Shown piece by piece: positions 19,701 to 28,397 of a DNA stretch of 28,397 bases (positions are counted from its first letter, which is position 1; every line of letters begins with the position of its first letter). The notes below the pieces were generated by a model, which saw only the letters and a list, made by a program, of their open reading frames with translations, made no database searches and was not told the origin of the DNA. Made by a program: the position numbers and the translations under genes. This DNA is from a virus (Duplodnaviria > Caudoviricetes): positions 1-28,397 of the IMG/VR virus record IMGVR_UViG_3300020365_000098, one strand, 5' to 3'.

Positions 19701-22700
19701 TTGAGAAGTTTGCACTATTGGTATCCTCAGAAACAAAATCATAGAAGAATAGATTATGAACAGATGCTTCATTTAACAATACCAGGTTAAGATTCAAATC
19801 AGTTGTAATAGTTGTCATTCCAACTGAAGGAATGGTGACATTACTGATCTCATATTCTGCAAAGTTTTTATATCCAGCAACGTGTGCAAGACTGTTTACA
19901 GGTTCATTCCATGTTTCATATGGAATTGGACCTCTTACTGAATATGAGAATCTTTGATAGTAATCATTATCATGAAGTCTTTGGGCATTATCGTTTAGTT
20001 TTCCAATATCATTACTCCAAGTTCTAACATCTTGGAATGAACTGGATACTTTTAGATCAAAGTCATACTCTACCAAAGATGTTACTGTTGATTTTAAGTT
20101 ACTAGCACTTCCCTTAAGAATGTCTCCTCTTCCAAATGTGCCTGTAACGTCAGTTAGTTTTAATGTATCATTAGATGGATCAAACTCTACCACCTCGGCA
20201 GAAGCGCCAGATTGATTAGTTACCAGTTCTCCCTTTTTATAATTTACTTTTTCAAACTGTGGGACAAGTGTTGGTAAATCGGATGCTTTGACTACTGTTC
20301 CAAAATTATTTGCAGAATCAAATACACCGCCAGATTGAGCAAAACCAACTATTGAATATGTAATACTTTCTGCTCCAGTTACGGTGTTAATTCCAGTGAT
20401 AGTGAAATTTTTATAAGCATAATCACTAGAGTTATATCCATCACCAGTGCCAGCAATAATCGGTACATTTTCAACAAAAATTTCATCTCCAATTACAAAT
20501 GGGAATGGATTTGCAGTTGTAAATCCTAATGGTGCTGGTGCTTTAATTGAAAGTCTATTTTCAGTATTTCCAATGGAGACTGCACTAGTTACATTGATAC
20601 CGTTTGGATTATTAATTGCGACAACCTTTGAATCTGCATTTAAACCACTAGATCCAAACAGAACATTAACAGCAGTGACAGAATTTCCTAAAACTTCAAC
20701 ATCAAAAGATGCATCGGGGAAACCAGGTATGATAATTCTAGGTGGACTATTATAATTTTTACCACCATCAGTAACTTCAACGGAAGATAGTCTCAGATTG
20801 TCATCCAGCGTCAAAAGAATTTGTGATTTTGCTTTTGGAGTTAAGGTTTTATCTTCTGGAATCTCAATTCCAGAGAACTTAATCTGTGTGTCTAATATAG
20901 TTCCGATACCATCGGACTCTACCATAAATTCAGCACCATAACCTGTTGTTGATGCAACTGAAGTGACAACTGGTAAAGTCTTTATATTTGAACCATAATC
21001 AAAGATTTTCAAGGAATGGACTCCACCGATAGCACCACTAGCAGTAGTAGAATAAAATGCAGTTGTTAAACCAGACTGAACATAAGATCCATTCTCTACT
21101 TTGTTTTGAAGATTAAATGTAAATGTAGTTGATGCTGCACCAATAATTTCATAAGAACCATTATATTGAGAATTTTGTACTACGATACTAGATTCACCAA
21201 CAGTAAAGTTGTCCTTTGTTTTATGAACGTTTGCACTAGATCCTTCTACTTTATAGTATAAAACTTTAGGCAGAGAATCTGCGATTGAAACATTAACAAC
21301 TGCACCTGCAGATCCAGGATCATTTTTCCTTTCTATAAGTTTTGATTCATATCGTGCATTATAATCTCTATCAGTATAGAATTTAACATCATAATTTGAT
21401 AAAGTGGTGTCGGAAACAGCAATAGAAACTTTTGTTCCTTTCGTTGCAACAATTTTTGGATCTACTTTTGCGAGTTGGAATGGTCCTACTCCTAAAACCT
21501 GTAAGAAATCAATATGTTGTGCAGGATATGAAGTTGCCGATGAATAATTTTCAGCAAGTCTAATTTTATCGTTTGAGTATTTGATTGCATAGTAAATAGA
21601 ACCATTATTCCGCAATCCTACTACTTTGTCCTGTCCGTTATTGATATATGCAACTGCATCACCAGTATTAAACTTATGATCTGTTATTGTTATTGCCGAA
21701 GCAACATCGGTTGTTATTCCTGTGGTACTAACACCAGTAACATCGATATCGAGAGGATCTACAATGAGTCTCCTCATATTTTCATTATATCTGAATACAA
21801 CCTCATTAGTAACGCTAGGAGTTACATCTAATGTGATCTTATCCCCAGGAATTAATCCATGAGTTCTTCCAGTTAAGATTGTGGTATCTCTTCTTTTTGC
21901 ATCTGCAGTTATCTTATCAACTTTTTTGGTAAATTTGACATTATCTCCATCTGCTGCTACAAAGTGAAGATAGTTTGTAGCAACTCCTACTCTCTCAGTA
22001 GCAACTCCCAAATAATCAGTTCCAAGTTTTACAGCAAAAAGATTGCTATATTGGTGAATACCAAAAGATTCAAAATCAGATGGATCGGTGGTTCCTATGC
22101 CAACTGCCCCCTGCAAATGAGAAGCAGTGATTGATCCAGCATATGAAACATACTCTAACTCATCTCCAGTTCTAAATCCATGATTTCTTATATAAATCGC
22201 TCTCGGTGGAATTGATTTTGTTATGTTGAAACTTCCCGCAGTTCCAACTATGACAGAACTATACTGTGACCCAACACCGACAGACGCTTCTGGACTAAAG
22301 TATTCAGTAGTACCAATATCAAAGTTAATACCATCTAATTTTTTATCTACTTCAAAACTAAAGTTATATTCTTCTCTATGCACAACAGCATTCACTGAAT
22401 GTGCAGTTTCAACTCCACCTTCTTTTCTAGAAACTCTGTAGTTATTGTTGATTCTATCAATGGCAATGATTTTCATTCTTTCAGTGCCGATGACTATAAT
22501 ATCATCAACTCTAAATTTATTTTTTACTGGGGAATCAAATAAATTGAGTGCTGTGACAATTCCTGTTACGGAAGTAGCACCAATTGCAGTTGTGAGAACA
22601 CTAGTTGCCGAAGAAACTCCAATTTTGTAGAAACCTTCAATATTTTTGTATGTGTCTGTAGAAACTCCACTAATTTCAATTACATCTCCATTTCTATAGG

Positions 22701-25700
22701 TATGGGGAGTAGCACCAATTGCAGTTACAGTTTTATCTGTAACAGAAAGTGTTAATCCATTATTTTCCTTCTCAACTGTGGTTATGGTTTCAATTTTCTT
22801 TCCTCTAATCTCTGCAATTTGTGCATTGATTACCTCAGTAGTAAAATTAATCTTTTCATTAACTTTGTAATCAAATCCTCGTTCAATTATATCAATTCCA
22901 GTTACATTTGATCCAGTTGTCGATTTGACGACAACATTTGGTGCTGATTTAGCATATTCAGATAAGAATGGATAATCTCTGAAATTATCATTGATTCCAA
23001 GGTGAGTTACCATTCGGTTGTATTCACCTGTGTTTATAATCTTATCTGATTGATCTGTAAAGTAATCATAATTGAAAGAGTCAGTAGCATTATAATGTTT
23101 TTTGGTAATATATGGGTAGGATGGAACCTCACTAGACTGATCCATGGTGGAGAAGTACACATATCTTCCCTCTTGGAATTCTGGAGTCTCACAGAATCTT
23201 CCATTATATTCATCAAGATCTCCACTACCCATGTTGTAGACATAATCTTGATCAAAGAATCCATTTGCTTTAGATGGTCTCAAAGTTGAATCAACTATTG
23301 GATCCAACTTATAACTTGATTGCATTCTCTTGATATTACCAGAGACCCCATCTACTGGGACTGCATTCTCTTGTGCATATGGTCCATAGATTGGGTTTCC
23401 GTCATATGCCCATCCAATTATTGGAGAGTGCTTTAATTTGGTAGTATCAGTTTCTTCGTCTAGAGCACCGTCAATATTTGCATTTCCAGTAAATAGACTT
23501 CTATAAAATTTTCCTGCATAATACCCTACAAGTGCATTACTGTCATCAGGTCTTGATGACTTTTGCATAACATAATCTCTTGATTTTGATTTGAAGTTTG
23601 GATTTGATAATAATGACTTATATCTTTCAACATCATTAACAAACCACTTATGAACATTGGAAATGAACTTAGCGCCTGAACCAGTAGGAACAACAATCAC
23701 CGCAGTGTTTGCATCCTTATAACCTTTTCCTTTGTTGATGATAGTAACTGCGGTTATCTTACCGTTTGTTACTGTTGCTTCCAATTCTGCAAAATCACCA
23801 TCTCCATCAACAGTTAATTTTGGAGGTGACGTGTATTCAGAACCACCATCTAAAATATAAACAGTTTCAATTTGTCCATCATTATTCACAAGTGGTTTCA
23901 ATGACGCATCCTTACCGTTAAGAAGTCTTGTATTCAATCCTTTCTCATAATTAATCAATTCACTACTTCCGAAAGAATTTCCACCATTTCTTATAAACAC
24001 ATCATCAATTCCACCAGTGATTATAGGTGTGGCAGATGCATTATAGTATGATGGTATTATAGTGCTACCAGCAGATACTAATCCATCAATAGTAATTGAG
24101 ATTTCTGGATAACCTATGGTATGAATTCCTGCTCCAGTGCTCGTTAAATCAGCATATATCTCTTTATTGTAATTATCAACTGATACAGTTGTAGCAGTTC
24201 CTGCATGAGCAAGTTTAAACTTGTCTTTATCTAATGTTTTTACCTTATAGACGGAATCTGTATTCAATCCACCCACAGTATTAGTTGATTTGTATGAAAC
24301 TATCTCACCATCAGAGAATCCATGATTTCTGGCATAAATGTAATTTTGATGTGTATTGATTCCCGTGAATGTTGAAAATTCATTCTTTGCAAATTCTGGT
24401 GGATATGGTTGGGAATCAATTTCAATCTTTCTTGTGGATAGTTTATTTCCTTGTTCTACAATATCAATTCTATCAATTATGCGTCTAATTTTTTTGGATC
24501 TAAACGTATGATCTTCTGTTCCAAAATTATCAAAATCAATTAATTTTGTTCCATTTACAGCATCACTTAATGTAGAAGTTATTGAGAATTTATCATCATC
24601 AACCTTATGGACGAAATAGGTTGCTCCCGATGAAAGTCTAGTTGTTTCAAAACCTACATTGGCACTGCTAATTCCAATAGGGGTTCCACTAGCGATATAT
24701 GTTATTTCTTCTCCATTCAGGAATTTATGATCTGTTTGTAGGATTTGATTAGCACTGAGAGATACAGCAAAGTCACTAACTGATACGCTATGCGTAAATC
24801 CACGCATCTTTGCTTCAAGAACAGTTCCTGAGGCATTTCCTCCTTGTATTTTAACTGCAGGAGTTCCAACATAGTTAAATCCTCCTGAAATCAAGTTTAT
24901 TGAATCGATATGTCCAGAACAATTAGCAAAGGCAGTGAATCCAATGCCACCACTTACTGAAAGTTCAGGGACAAAGTTGACATCATATCCACTTCCAGAA
25001 GATATAACGGTAACTTCATCAATTTGACCATAGTTATATCTGTCAAGACCCACAGGAGAGTGAAATTCTATGCCATTCAATGAAACTCCAATGGGACCAG
25101 TAATTATGTTGTCTTCTATTTTATCTTGTGGAGTTTTAAGGAATCGTTTAAAATGATTCTGTGGTTTCAGTGATTTTACTGCATCTTGCTTGAATGAGTA
25201 CAAATCAATAGGTGTAATCGTATGTGTAGAAACTCCTACTGTTTGAAATAAAACAAAAATATCATTTTCGATAGCAGGGTGCGTTAATGCAAGTCTAATC
25301 GTATTTGAATTTACTACATTTACAACATATGTACCTGAGGAAACATCACCAGCGGTATCTTTTGTACCTTTTGCTGGCATATAGTGAATTACCTCTCCAT
25401 TCTCAAATCCATGATCATTAATTGTTATTTCACCTGTTCCTGTGATATTAATATCGCCGGTTGCAATTCCTACTGATCTATTTGGTACTTGTATGTCTGG
25501 ATATGATGGTAAAGCAGCGAACATTACATAGCAATTACCTTGATCGTCAGTAAATGAGTTTTGAATGTTGTGCATTCCAGATTCGACACCCAAATCCGGA
25601 ACTGAATATCCTACTCTCTTTCTGAGAACATAATCAGAGTCTACATTAAGTGGTTCGGAAATAGGATCAATACGAACACTAGTTTCAGATGTAACGGCAG

Positions 25701-27198
25701 CGATGTTGACATCTTCGCTGACCAATGCACCACTTTTTAATAAAATATCAACTCTGTCGAACTTGTTAATGTAGTGTTTTACTTTTGTAGTAAATGTCAA
25801 TGCTCCCAAATCAAGGGATTCTACATCAACAAATGAAACGTTATTGTAGAACCATTTATTGAACCTAACATCACTATCATCGTACTTATCACCAAATGAT
25901 TTTAAAGAAATTGAGTCTCCTTCTTTAAAATATTTTGTTTTACTTTTACCAACAATGTCTGAAACGGTTCCAACAACTCTCAGAGTCACTGGTTTATCTG
26001 TATCACCATTTTCAAATCCATAAACGAATCTGATATCACTAATTTCGGTATCTGGTTGTAAGGGTAAACCAATACCATCGCAGTCCAAGAATTGGTTGTA
26101 ATTTTTGCTCAGATATGTAACTTCATTGTATCTAATTCCATCAAAATAATAAAAACTGCCCGCTTCTGGAAATCCCATTGTGGAATCTACAGTTACAACT
26201 GTAGTTCCATTAGTTGCTTGTAATACTTTTGTTTTTTTACTAATTGTAAACTGTGTATCTGGAGATGCTCCGATTCCAAATCTTGGAGATGGTTCTGGAG
26301 CAAACGAAATTTTAAAATATTTCTTAGATCCAAGAAAAACTTCATCAATAGCAGCAACAGCACCACTTGCTGTTGGATCTGTAGTAGAATCTTGTGATAA
26401 TGTAGTTGCTTCTAACTTTTTTGGATCGCCTTCAATTGCTTCAACAATAATATCATCAGTTTTTACCCAATCTGCAGAAGAAGGTTGAATTGTTTGGTCA
26501 AATGGTTTTGTAATTTCGACTTTTTTTGCAAATAAAACATTAAACAGAATTTTTAACGCTGTTTCTGTTCCTTTTGAACTGAAGAAGTCTTTTGCTCTGG
26601 AAAGGATATTCTCAATAGAGACATTTTGGAACTGTCTCTCTTCAAAACCGGGAAGAAACTGATATTTGTGCTTTCTGTAAAATTCTTGAAGATATACGAA
26701 GTTTAAATTAGATACTAGAGTCCCTTGAGGATGGTCATCAACATCCGTTTTGCTAAATGTAAGATATTCTTGATTTCCGGAAGTCTCAATAGAAGTAACA
26801 CCACTAAAACCACGAACACATCCAGTAAAAGAAGTCGCTGTTTTTCCAGTATATGTAATTACCTCATTCTCAATCCTCAATAAACCATATTGGTTAGGAA
26901 AACCAACAGTAGTGTTAACTTCAATAGTCTCATCTAAGTGAAGTACCGACTTGGTAAGTGTAATTGGAACAAAAGGTTGTCCAGTTGCTGGATTGATTGC
27001 TCCAATAATCAATTCAGCAAAAGATTCTACATTTTTTAATTCCGAAAGATGGTCTATAAGATAAATTGATCCATAGTCTCTCTCCTCAGAGATATAATAT
27101 GATCTGAGGAAGTCAACAAATAATGGATTGTCTGTCGTAACAAATTCTGGCAGCAGGTTGTCCAGAATATTGCCTATTTTTACCTTTTTATCTGCCAT
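16771..27198 (-). CDS. gp7: giant baseplate wedge initiator (T4 gp7-like) multidomain structural protein
   Basis: 3475 aa, located between gp6 and gp8. N-terminal LPEFV..NPLFVDFLRSYY and KDFFSSKGTETALKILFNVLF, plus LHDNDYYQRFSYSV...VNSLAHVAGYKNF, are gp7-type motifs. Many inserted repeat modules. Confidence 0.85.
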   Translation of the reverse strand: MADKKVKIGNILDNLLPEFVTTDNPLFVDFLRSYYISEERDYGSIYLIDHLSELKNVESFAELIIGAINPATGQPFVPITLTKSVLHLDETIEVNTTVGFPNQYGLLRIENEVITYTGKTATSFTGCVRGFSGVTSIETSGNQEYLTFSKTDVDDHPQGTLVSNLNFVYLQEFYRKHKYQFLPGFEERQFQNVSIENILSRAKDFFSSKGTETALKILFNVLFAKKVEITKPFDQTIQPSSADWVKTDDIIVEAIEGDPKKLEATTLSQDSTTDPTASGAVAAIDEVFLGSKKYFKISFAPEPSPRFGIGASPDTQFTISKKTKVLQATNGTTVVTVDSTMGFPEAGSFYYFDGIRYNEVTYLSKNYNQFLDCDGIGLPLQPDTEISDIRFVYGFENGDTDKPVTLRVVGTVSDIVGKSKTKYFKEGDSISLKSFGDKYDDSDVRFNKWFYNNVSFVDVESLDLGALTFTTKVKHYINKFDRVDILLKSGALVSEDVNIAAVTSETSVRIDPISEPLNVDSDYVLRKRVGYSVPDLGVESGMHNIQNSFTDDQGNCYVMFAALPSYPDIQVPNRSVGIATGDINITGTGEITINDHGFENGEVIHYMPAKGTKDTAGDVSSGTYVVNVVNSNTIRLALTHPAIENDIFVLFQTVGVSTHTITPIDLYSFKQDAVKSLKPQNHFKRFLKTPQDKIEDNIITGPIGVSLNGIEFHSPVGLDRYNYGQIDEVTVISSGSGYDVNFVPELSVSGGIGFTAFANCSGHIDSINLISGGFNYVGTPAVKIQGGNASGTVLEAKMRGFTHSVSVSDFAVSLSANQILQTDHKFLNGEEITYIASGTPIGISSANVGFETTRLSSGATYFVHKVDDDKFSITSTLSDAVNGTKLIDFDNFGTEDHTFRSKKIRRIIDRIDIVEQGNKLSTRKIEIDSQPYPPEFAKNEFSTFTGINTHQNYIYARNHGFSDGEIVSYKSTNTVGGLNTDSVYKVKTLDKDKFKLAHAGTATTVSVDNYNKEIYADLTSTGAGIHTIGYPEISITIDGLVSAGSTIIPSYYNASATPIITGGIDDVFIRNGGNSFGSSELINYEKGLNTRLLNGKDASLKPLVNNDGQIETVYILDGGSEYTSPPKLTVDGDGDFAELEATVTNGKITAVTIINKGKGYKDANTAVIVVPTGSGAKFISNVHKWFVNDVERYKSLLSNPNFKSKSRDYVMQKSSRPDDSNALVGYYAGKFYRSLFTGNANIDGALDEETDTTKLKHSPIIGWAYDGNPIYGPYAQENAVPVDGVSGNIKRMQSSYKLDPIVDSTLRPSKANGFFDQDYVYNMGSGDLDEYNGRFCETPEFQEGRYVYFSTMDQSSEVPSYPYITKKHYNATDSFNYDYFTDQSDKIINTGEYNRMVTHLGINDNFRDYPFLSEYAKSAPNVVVKSTTGSNVTGIDIIERGFDYKVNEKINFTTEVINAQIAEIRGKKIETITTVEKENNGLTLSVTDKTVTAIGATPHTYRNGDVIEISGVSTDTYKNIEGFYKIGVSSATSVLTTAIGATSVTGIVTALNLFDSPVKNKFRVDDIIVIGTERMKIIAIDRINNNYRVSRKEGGVETAHSVNAVVHREEYNFSFEVDKKLDGINFDIGTTEYFSPEASVGVGSQYSSVIVGTAGSFNITKSIPPRAIYIRNHGFRTGDELEYVSYAGSITASHLQGAVGIGTTDPSDFESFGIHQYSNLFAVKLGTDYLGVATERVGVATNYLHFVAADGDNVKFTKKVDKITADAKRRDTTILTGRTHGLIPGDKITLDVTPSVTNEVVFRYNENMRRLIVDPLDIDVTGVSTTGITTDVASAITITDHKFNTGDAVAYINNGQDKVVGLRNNGSIYYAIKYSNDKIRLAENYSSATSYPAQHIDFLQVLGVGPFQLAKVDPKIVATKGTKVSIAVSDTTLSNYDVKFYTDRDYNARYESKLIERKNDPGSAGAVVNVSIADSLPKVLYYKVEGSSANVHKTKDNFTVGESSIVVQNSQYNGSYEIIGAASTTFTFNLQNKVENGSYVQSGLTTAFYSTTASGAIGGVHSLKIFDYGSNIKTLPVVTSVASTTGYGAEFMVESDGIGTILDTQIKFSGIEIPEDKTLTPKAKSQILLTLDDNLRLSSVEVTDGGKNYNSPPRIIIPGFPDASFDVEVLGNSVTAVNVLFGSSGLNADSKVVAINNPNGINVTSAVSIGNTENRLSIKAPAPLGFTTANPFPFVIGDEIFVENVPIIAGTGDGYNSSDYAYKNFTITGINTVTGAESITYSIVGFAQSGGVFDSANNFGTVVKASDLPTLVPQFEKVNYKKGELVTNQSGASAEVVEFDPSNDTLKLTDVTGTFGRGDILKGSASNLKSTVTSLVEYDFDLKVSSSFQDVRTWSNDIGKLNDNAQRLHDNDYYQRFSYSVRGPIPYETWNEPVNSLAHVAGYKNFAEYEISNVTIPSVGMTTITTDLNLNLVLLNEASVHNLFFYDFVSEDTNSANFSRIVKFDSKVITDYNKSITNKVLMIDDISPQFTGLVTSTGGGIIGLSTFSLLNDSNTMLHHVFNPATAIDTSTGLITINDHNFHTGERLVYTQDSGPIGIAATHSVGIGINTTVNLPNEVYVVKVTDNTFRLSMGSSETKLSTPHTIGFATVTGLGTEHSLSVESELAITRGLITIDNMIQSPIARKDITVGLSSAIGAAHAEIYVNDPTKFVGNSLLKVDDEIFKVSAVGVGSTNSLSVERGFMGTSPAAHLVGAALTALSGDYRIQKGKIHFKDAPYDSSTFSGRIFYRLNYDNNKIVDDISEEFDGSKDKFDLTVNTQDASGINTSFGAFLINNIFQRPFYNDVGSVLQSDYTLVGGGVGAASTIDFTGSLPDDLPKGGIINEITGITTTGVGYQVPRAGSASTVFINASGAVTAVGIGSSGGGAGYLVPPRVSIASTTGVGAAVTAVITDGIITSFDVVTAGSGYTATSPPTVIITPPGPYKNLPLTGGSGSGATLDVVVGVGGSVLNFELAENGIGYEVDDVLELSGMEFQSVGVSTFPLKVTVKSKFQDKFAGWTFGQLLELDDFSGLFNGVRKDFYLTRTIFNEEFYSIVAEAGSGIILQNNLLMFINDVLQKPGIDYTFTGGTKLTFVTAPDFGSKFKLYFYTGSSSDYQSDDVDQTIKIGDALRLQKWTNGVVSQTNRTVYELVASDTVETETYSGLGISTDGNFLRPTMWRKQTSDLIINGLPVSKQRDYLEPKIFPNTNIIVGLAATHSKIYVKDGWSFSRIDDIGGILDDIVIVGVGTTGNAITESINGVTFSGDYNLVTGIGASNTGINTTTPMLYFDVVADPAIFADPATASKIKISGITTSDYFVIDKTLIGSGVTAILDSPLNPLVGESTDFINGVYHAHKVDELNATTKRIFSNVQSLSGISTAGLSTYSTSHGCMSWGAINVTRNSGTAKTFTAQTGNGNAGLSTSTYIRRKGQYKLAY
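19430..25425 (-). repeat. dispersed HxFxxG[DE]xxxY domain repeats (about 8 copies) within gp7
   Basis: DHGFENGEVIHY, DHKFLNGEEITY, NHGFSDGEIVSY, PHTYRNGDVIEI, NHGFRTGDELEY, THGLIPGDKITL, DHKFNTGDAVAY, DHNFHTGERLVY. Confidence 0.8.
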
Positions 27199-27201
27199 TT
27201 C

Positions 27202-28397
27202 TTATCGTGTGAATTTTCTATAACTGGAGAAACTTGATGGTGGTATGTAGATAGTTCCAGACCTGTTAGATCCAGATGCCATGAGATCTTCTTTGAGAGT
27301 CAGTACACTATTTCCTGTAGTATCTAGTACAATGTACATATTCTCTTTTGCCAGAATATCATTAGATTCTGGAACAGCTTCAATCTCAATTCTATTTAAA
27401 AGACTTGTAGAAACGATATTTACAGGATAGAGAATAATCTCTCCTTTATCGTAATGAACTCGACCTGCATTTGTATTAATGTATTTTGCAGTATTTCCTT
27501 CAAAAGTAAAGAATTTTATTGTTCCAAGTTCAGTTGAACCGTTATCGGGGAAGTCTGTAAGGTAAACATCACCTTCTACACCTTCAAGTTGGAATGCAGA
27601 TGACCTAATATTGAATCCTTCTGTATCTGCATGGAACCTGTTGCCATAACAAATTTCATAGTTGGCAAGTTGATTATACAATGGAGTCATATTTCTCCTC
27701 ATAACCAAATTTGTAATATTTGATGTGACTCCTGTGTCTACTTTGTCAATAATTGACAGCAACTTACTATATTTGACTCTTCCACCGAAGGAATTGATAT
27801 CTGCAGATTTTGCATATCGTTCTAATGCAGATACAATCCTTGATTGTAAGTCAGTCTTATTTGGCACGAAACTTGGATCGTATGAAACTGTTGAATCGTA
27901 CTCCACATAAAGATAATGCAAATCAATGAACTCCTGTTTAATACCAGCAACGGTATATTTCTTCAAATCTCTCTTAATCGCATCTTTAGTCACAGTTGAG
28001 ATGACTTCACCATTTTTTGGTTTGACTGTAACAAAAACTTTACCATATTGTGGTGGATCAAGTTCTTCACCACCATATGCAGTGACTGATTCTACGTTTG
28101 GATATAGAAATGGAATGAGAGAGGTGTAATCATTAGCAGTAACCGCTCTGTATTGCGACGAATAGACCCTAGGAGCAAGATATTTGATGCTGTCTAGGGG
28201 TTCTATCTCATCTCCGTTTGCTGCCGCTTGTACGGTCGTTACAGCGGACACTCCTGAGGTGATAACTTTCTCTGTTGCACCCTGAGTAAACTGTAAATGA
28301 CCGGCAAAATTGAAATTTGTTGATCCATTTGCTGCACTTCCATTTGATACAATGTAAGTGATGTTGAGAGTAGATCCATTTTCTGGTTTTTTGCCCA
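27202..28397 (-). CDS. gp6: baseplate wedge subunit (T4 gp6-like), 5' part outside the window
   Basis: The frame stays open from the window edge (GKKPENGSTLNITYIVSNGSAANG...), so the track's start at 28251 is not the true start. SIKYLAPRVYSSQYRAVTANDY and AYGGEELDPPQYGKVF are gp6 motifs. Confidence 0.95.
   Translation of the reverse strand, partial: GKKPENGSTLNITYIVSNGSAANGSTNFNFAGHLQFTQGATEKVITSGVSAVTTVQAAANGDEIEPLDSIKYLAPRVYSSQYRAVTANDYTSLIPFLYPNVESVTAYGGEELDPPQYGKVFVTVKPKNGEVISTVTKDAIKRDLKKYTVAGIKQEFIDLHYLYVEYDSTVSYDPSFVPNKTDLQSRIVSALERYAKSADINSFGGRVKYSKLLSIIDKVDTGVTSNITNLVMRRNMTPLYNQLANYEICYGNRFHADTEGFNIRSSAFQLEGVEGDVYLTDFPDNGSTELGTIKFFTFEGNTAKYINTNAGRVHYDKGEIILYPVNIVSTSLLNRIEIEAVPESNDILAKENMYIVLDTTGNSVLTLKEDLMASGSNRSGTIYIPPSSFSSYRKFTR

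Noticed and set aside
7869-27198. Possible inteins, introns or homing endonucleases explaining the very large ORFs
   Set aside because: No intein splice motifs, no LAGLIDADG/HNH/GIY-YIG signatures and no frame interruptions were seen. The extra length is accounted for by structural repeat modules.
260-28129. Numerous 60-140 aa plus-strand ORFs and short alternative-frame minus-strand ORFs in the track (e.g. the Cys/Ser-rich 2717-3130)
   Set aside because: All overlap well-supported minus-strand genes. They are shadows of the biased G/T/A/V codon usage and show no recognisable motifs.
15160-28397. gp6, gp7 and gp8 share one reading frame separated only by single TAA stops (gp13 and gp14 are also in frame), suggesting readthrough polyproteins or stop-codon recoding
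   Set aside because: Only 4 of 13 junctions are in frame, about what chance predicts. Each gene has its own conserved N-terminus, a promoter sits in the gp7-gp8 gap, and TAA, TGA and TAG all act as normal stops.
1-28397. CRISPR-like arrays, DGR template/variable repeats, invertible segments, tRNAs
   Set aside because: There is no non-coding space longer than 42 nt, no exact long nucleotide repeat was noticed by eye, and no reverse transcriptase or recombinase is present. A self-dotplot would be needed to exclude short diverged repeats formally.

Overview
The window is an AT-rich, gene-dense segment of a T4-like myophage genome, most similar in gene content and order to marine cyanomyoviruses (Kyanoviridae-type). 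All credible genes lie on the minus strand and form the late structural module. In transcription order these are: gp6 baseplate wedge (5'-truncated by the window edge), giant gp7-like wedge protein (3475 aa), gp8, VrlC/DUF4815-type structural protein (2428 aa), three small ORFs, a 569-aa fibre-like protein, a 58-aa coiled-coil ORF missed by the track, gp13 neck, a greatly enlarged gp14 neck (858 aa), gp15 tail terminator, gp16 small terminase, and a DUF3008-like ORF running off the left edge. Two perfect T4 late promoter boxes (TATAAATA) sit in the two largest intergenic gaps. I saw no RNA genes, CRISPR arrays, introns, inteins or mobile elements. Two protein-level patterns stand out. First, about five small beta-rich modules recur as insertions across unrelated virion proteins (gp7, gp8, VrlC, fibre, gp14, gp15). 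Second, a short G-[VIL]-[GSAT]-[TS] motif is scattered through most virion proteins; I hypothesise, without proof, that it is a surface-modification (glycosylation) signal. All family assignments are from recognition of sequence and synteny, not database searches, and sub-gene coordinates are approximate.
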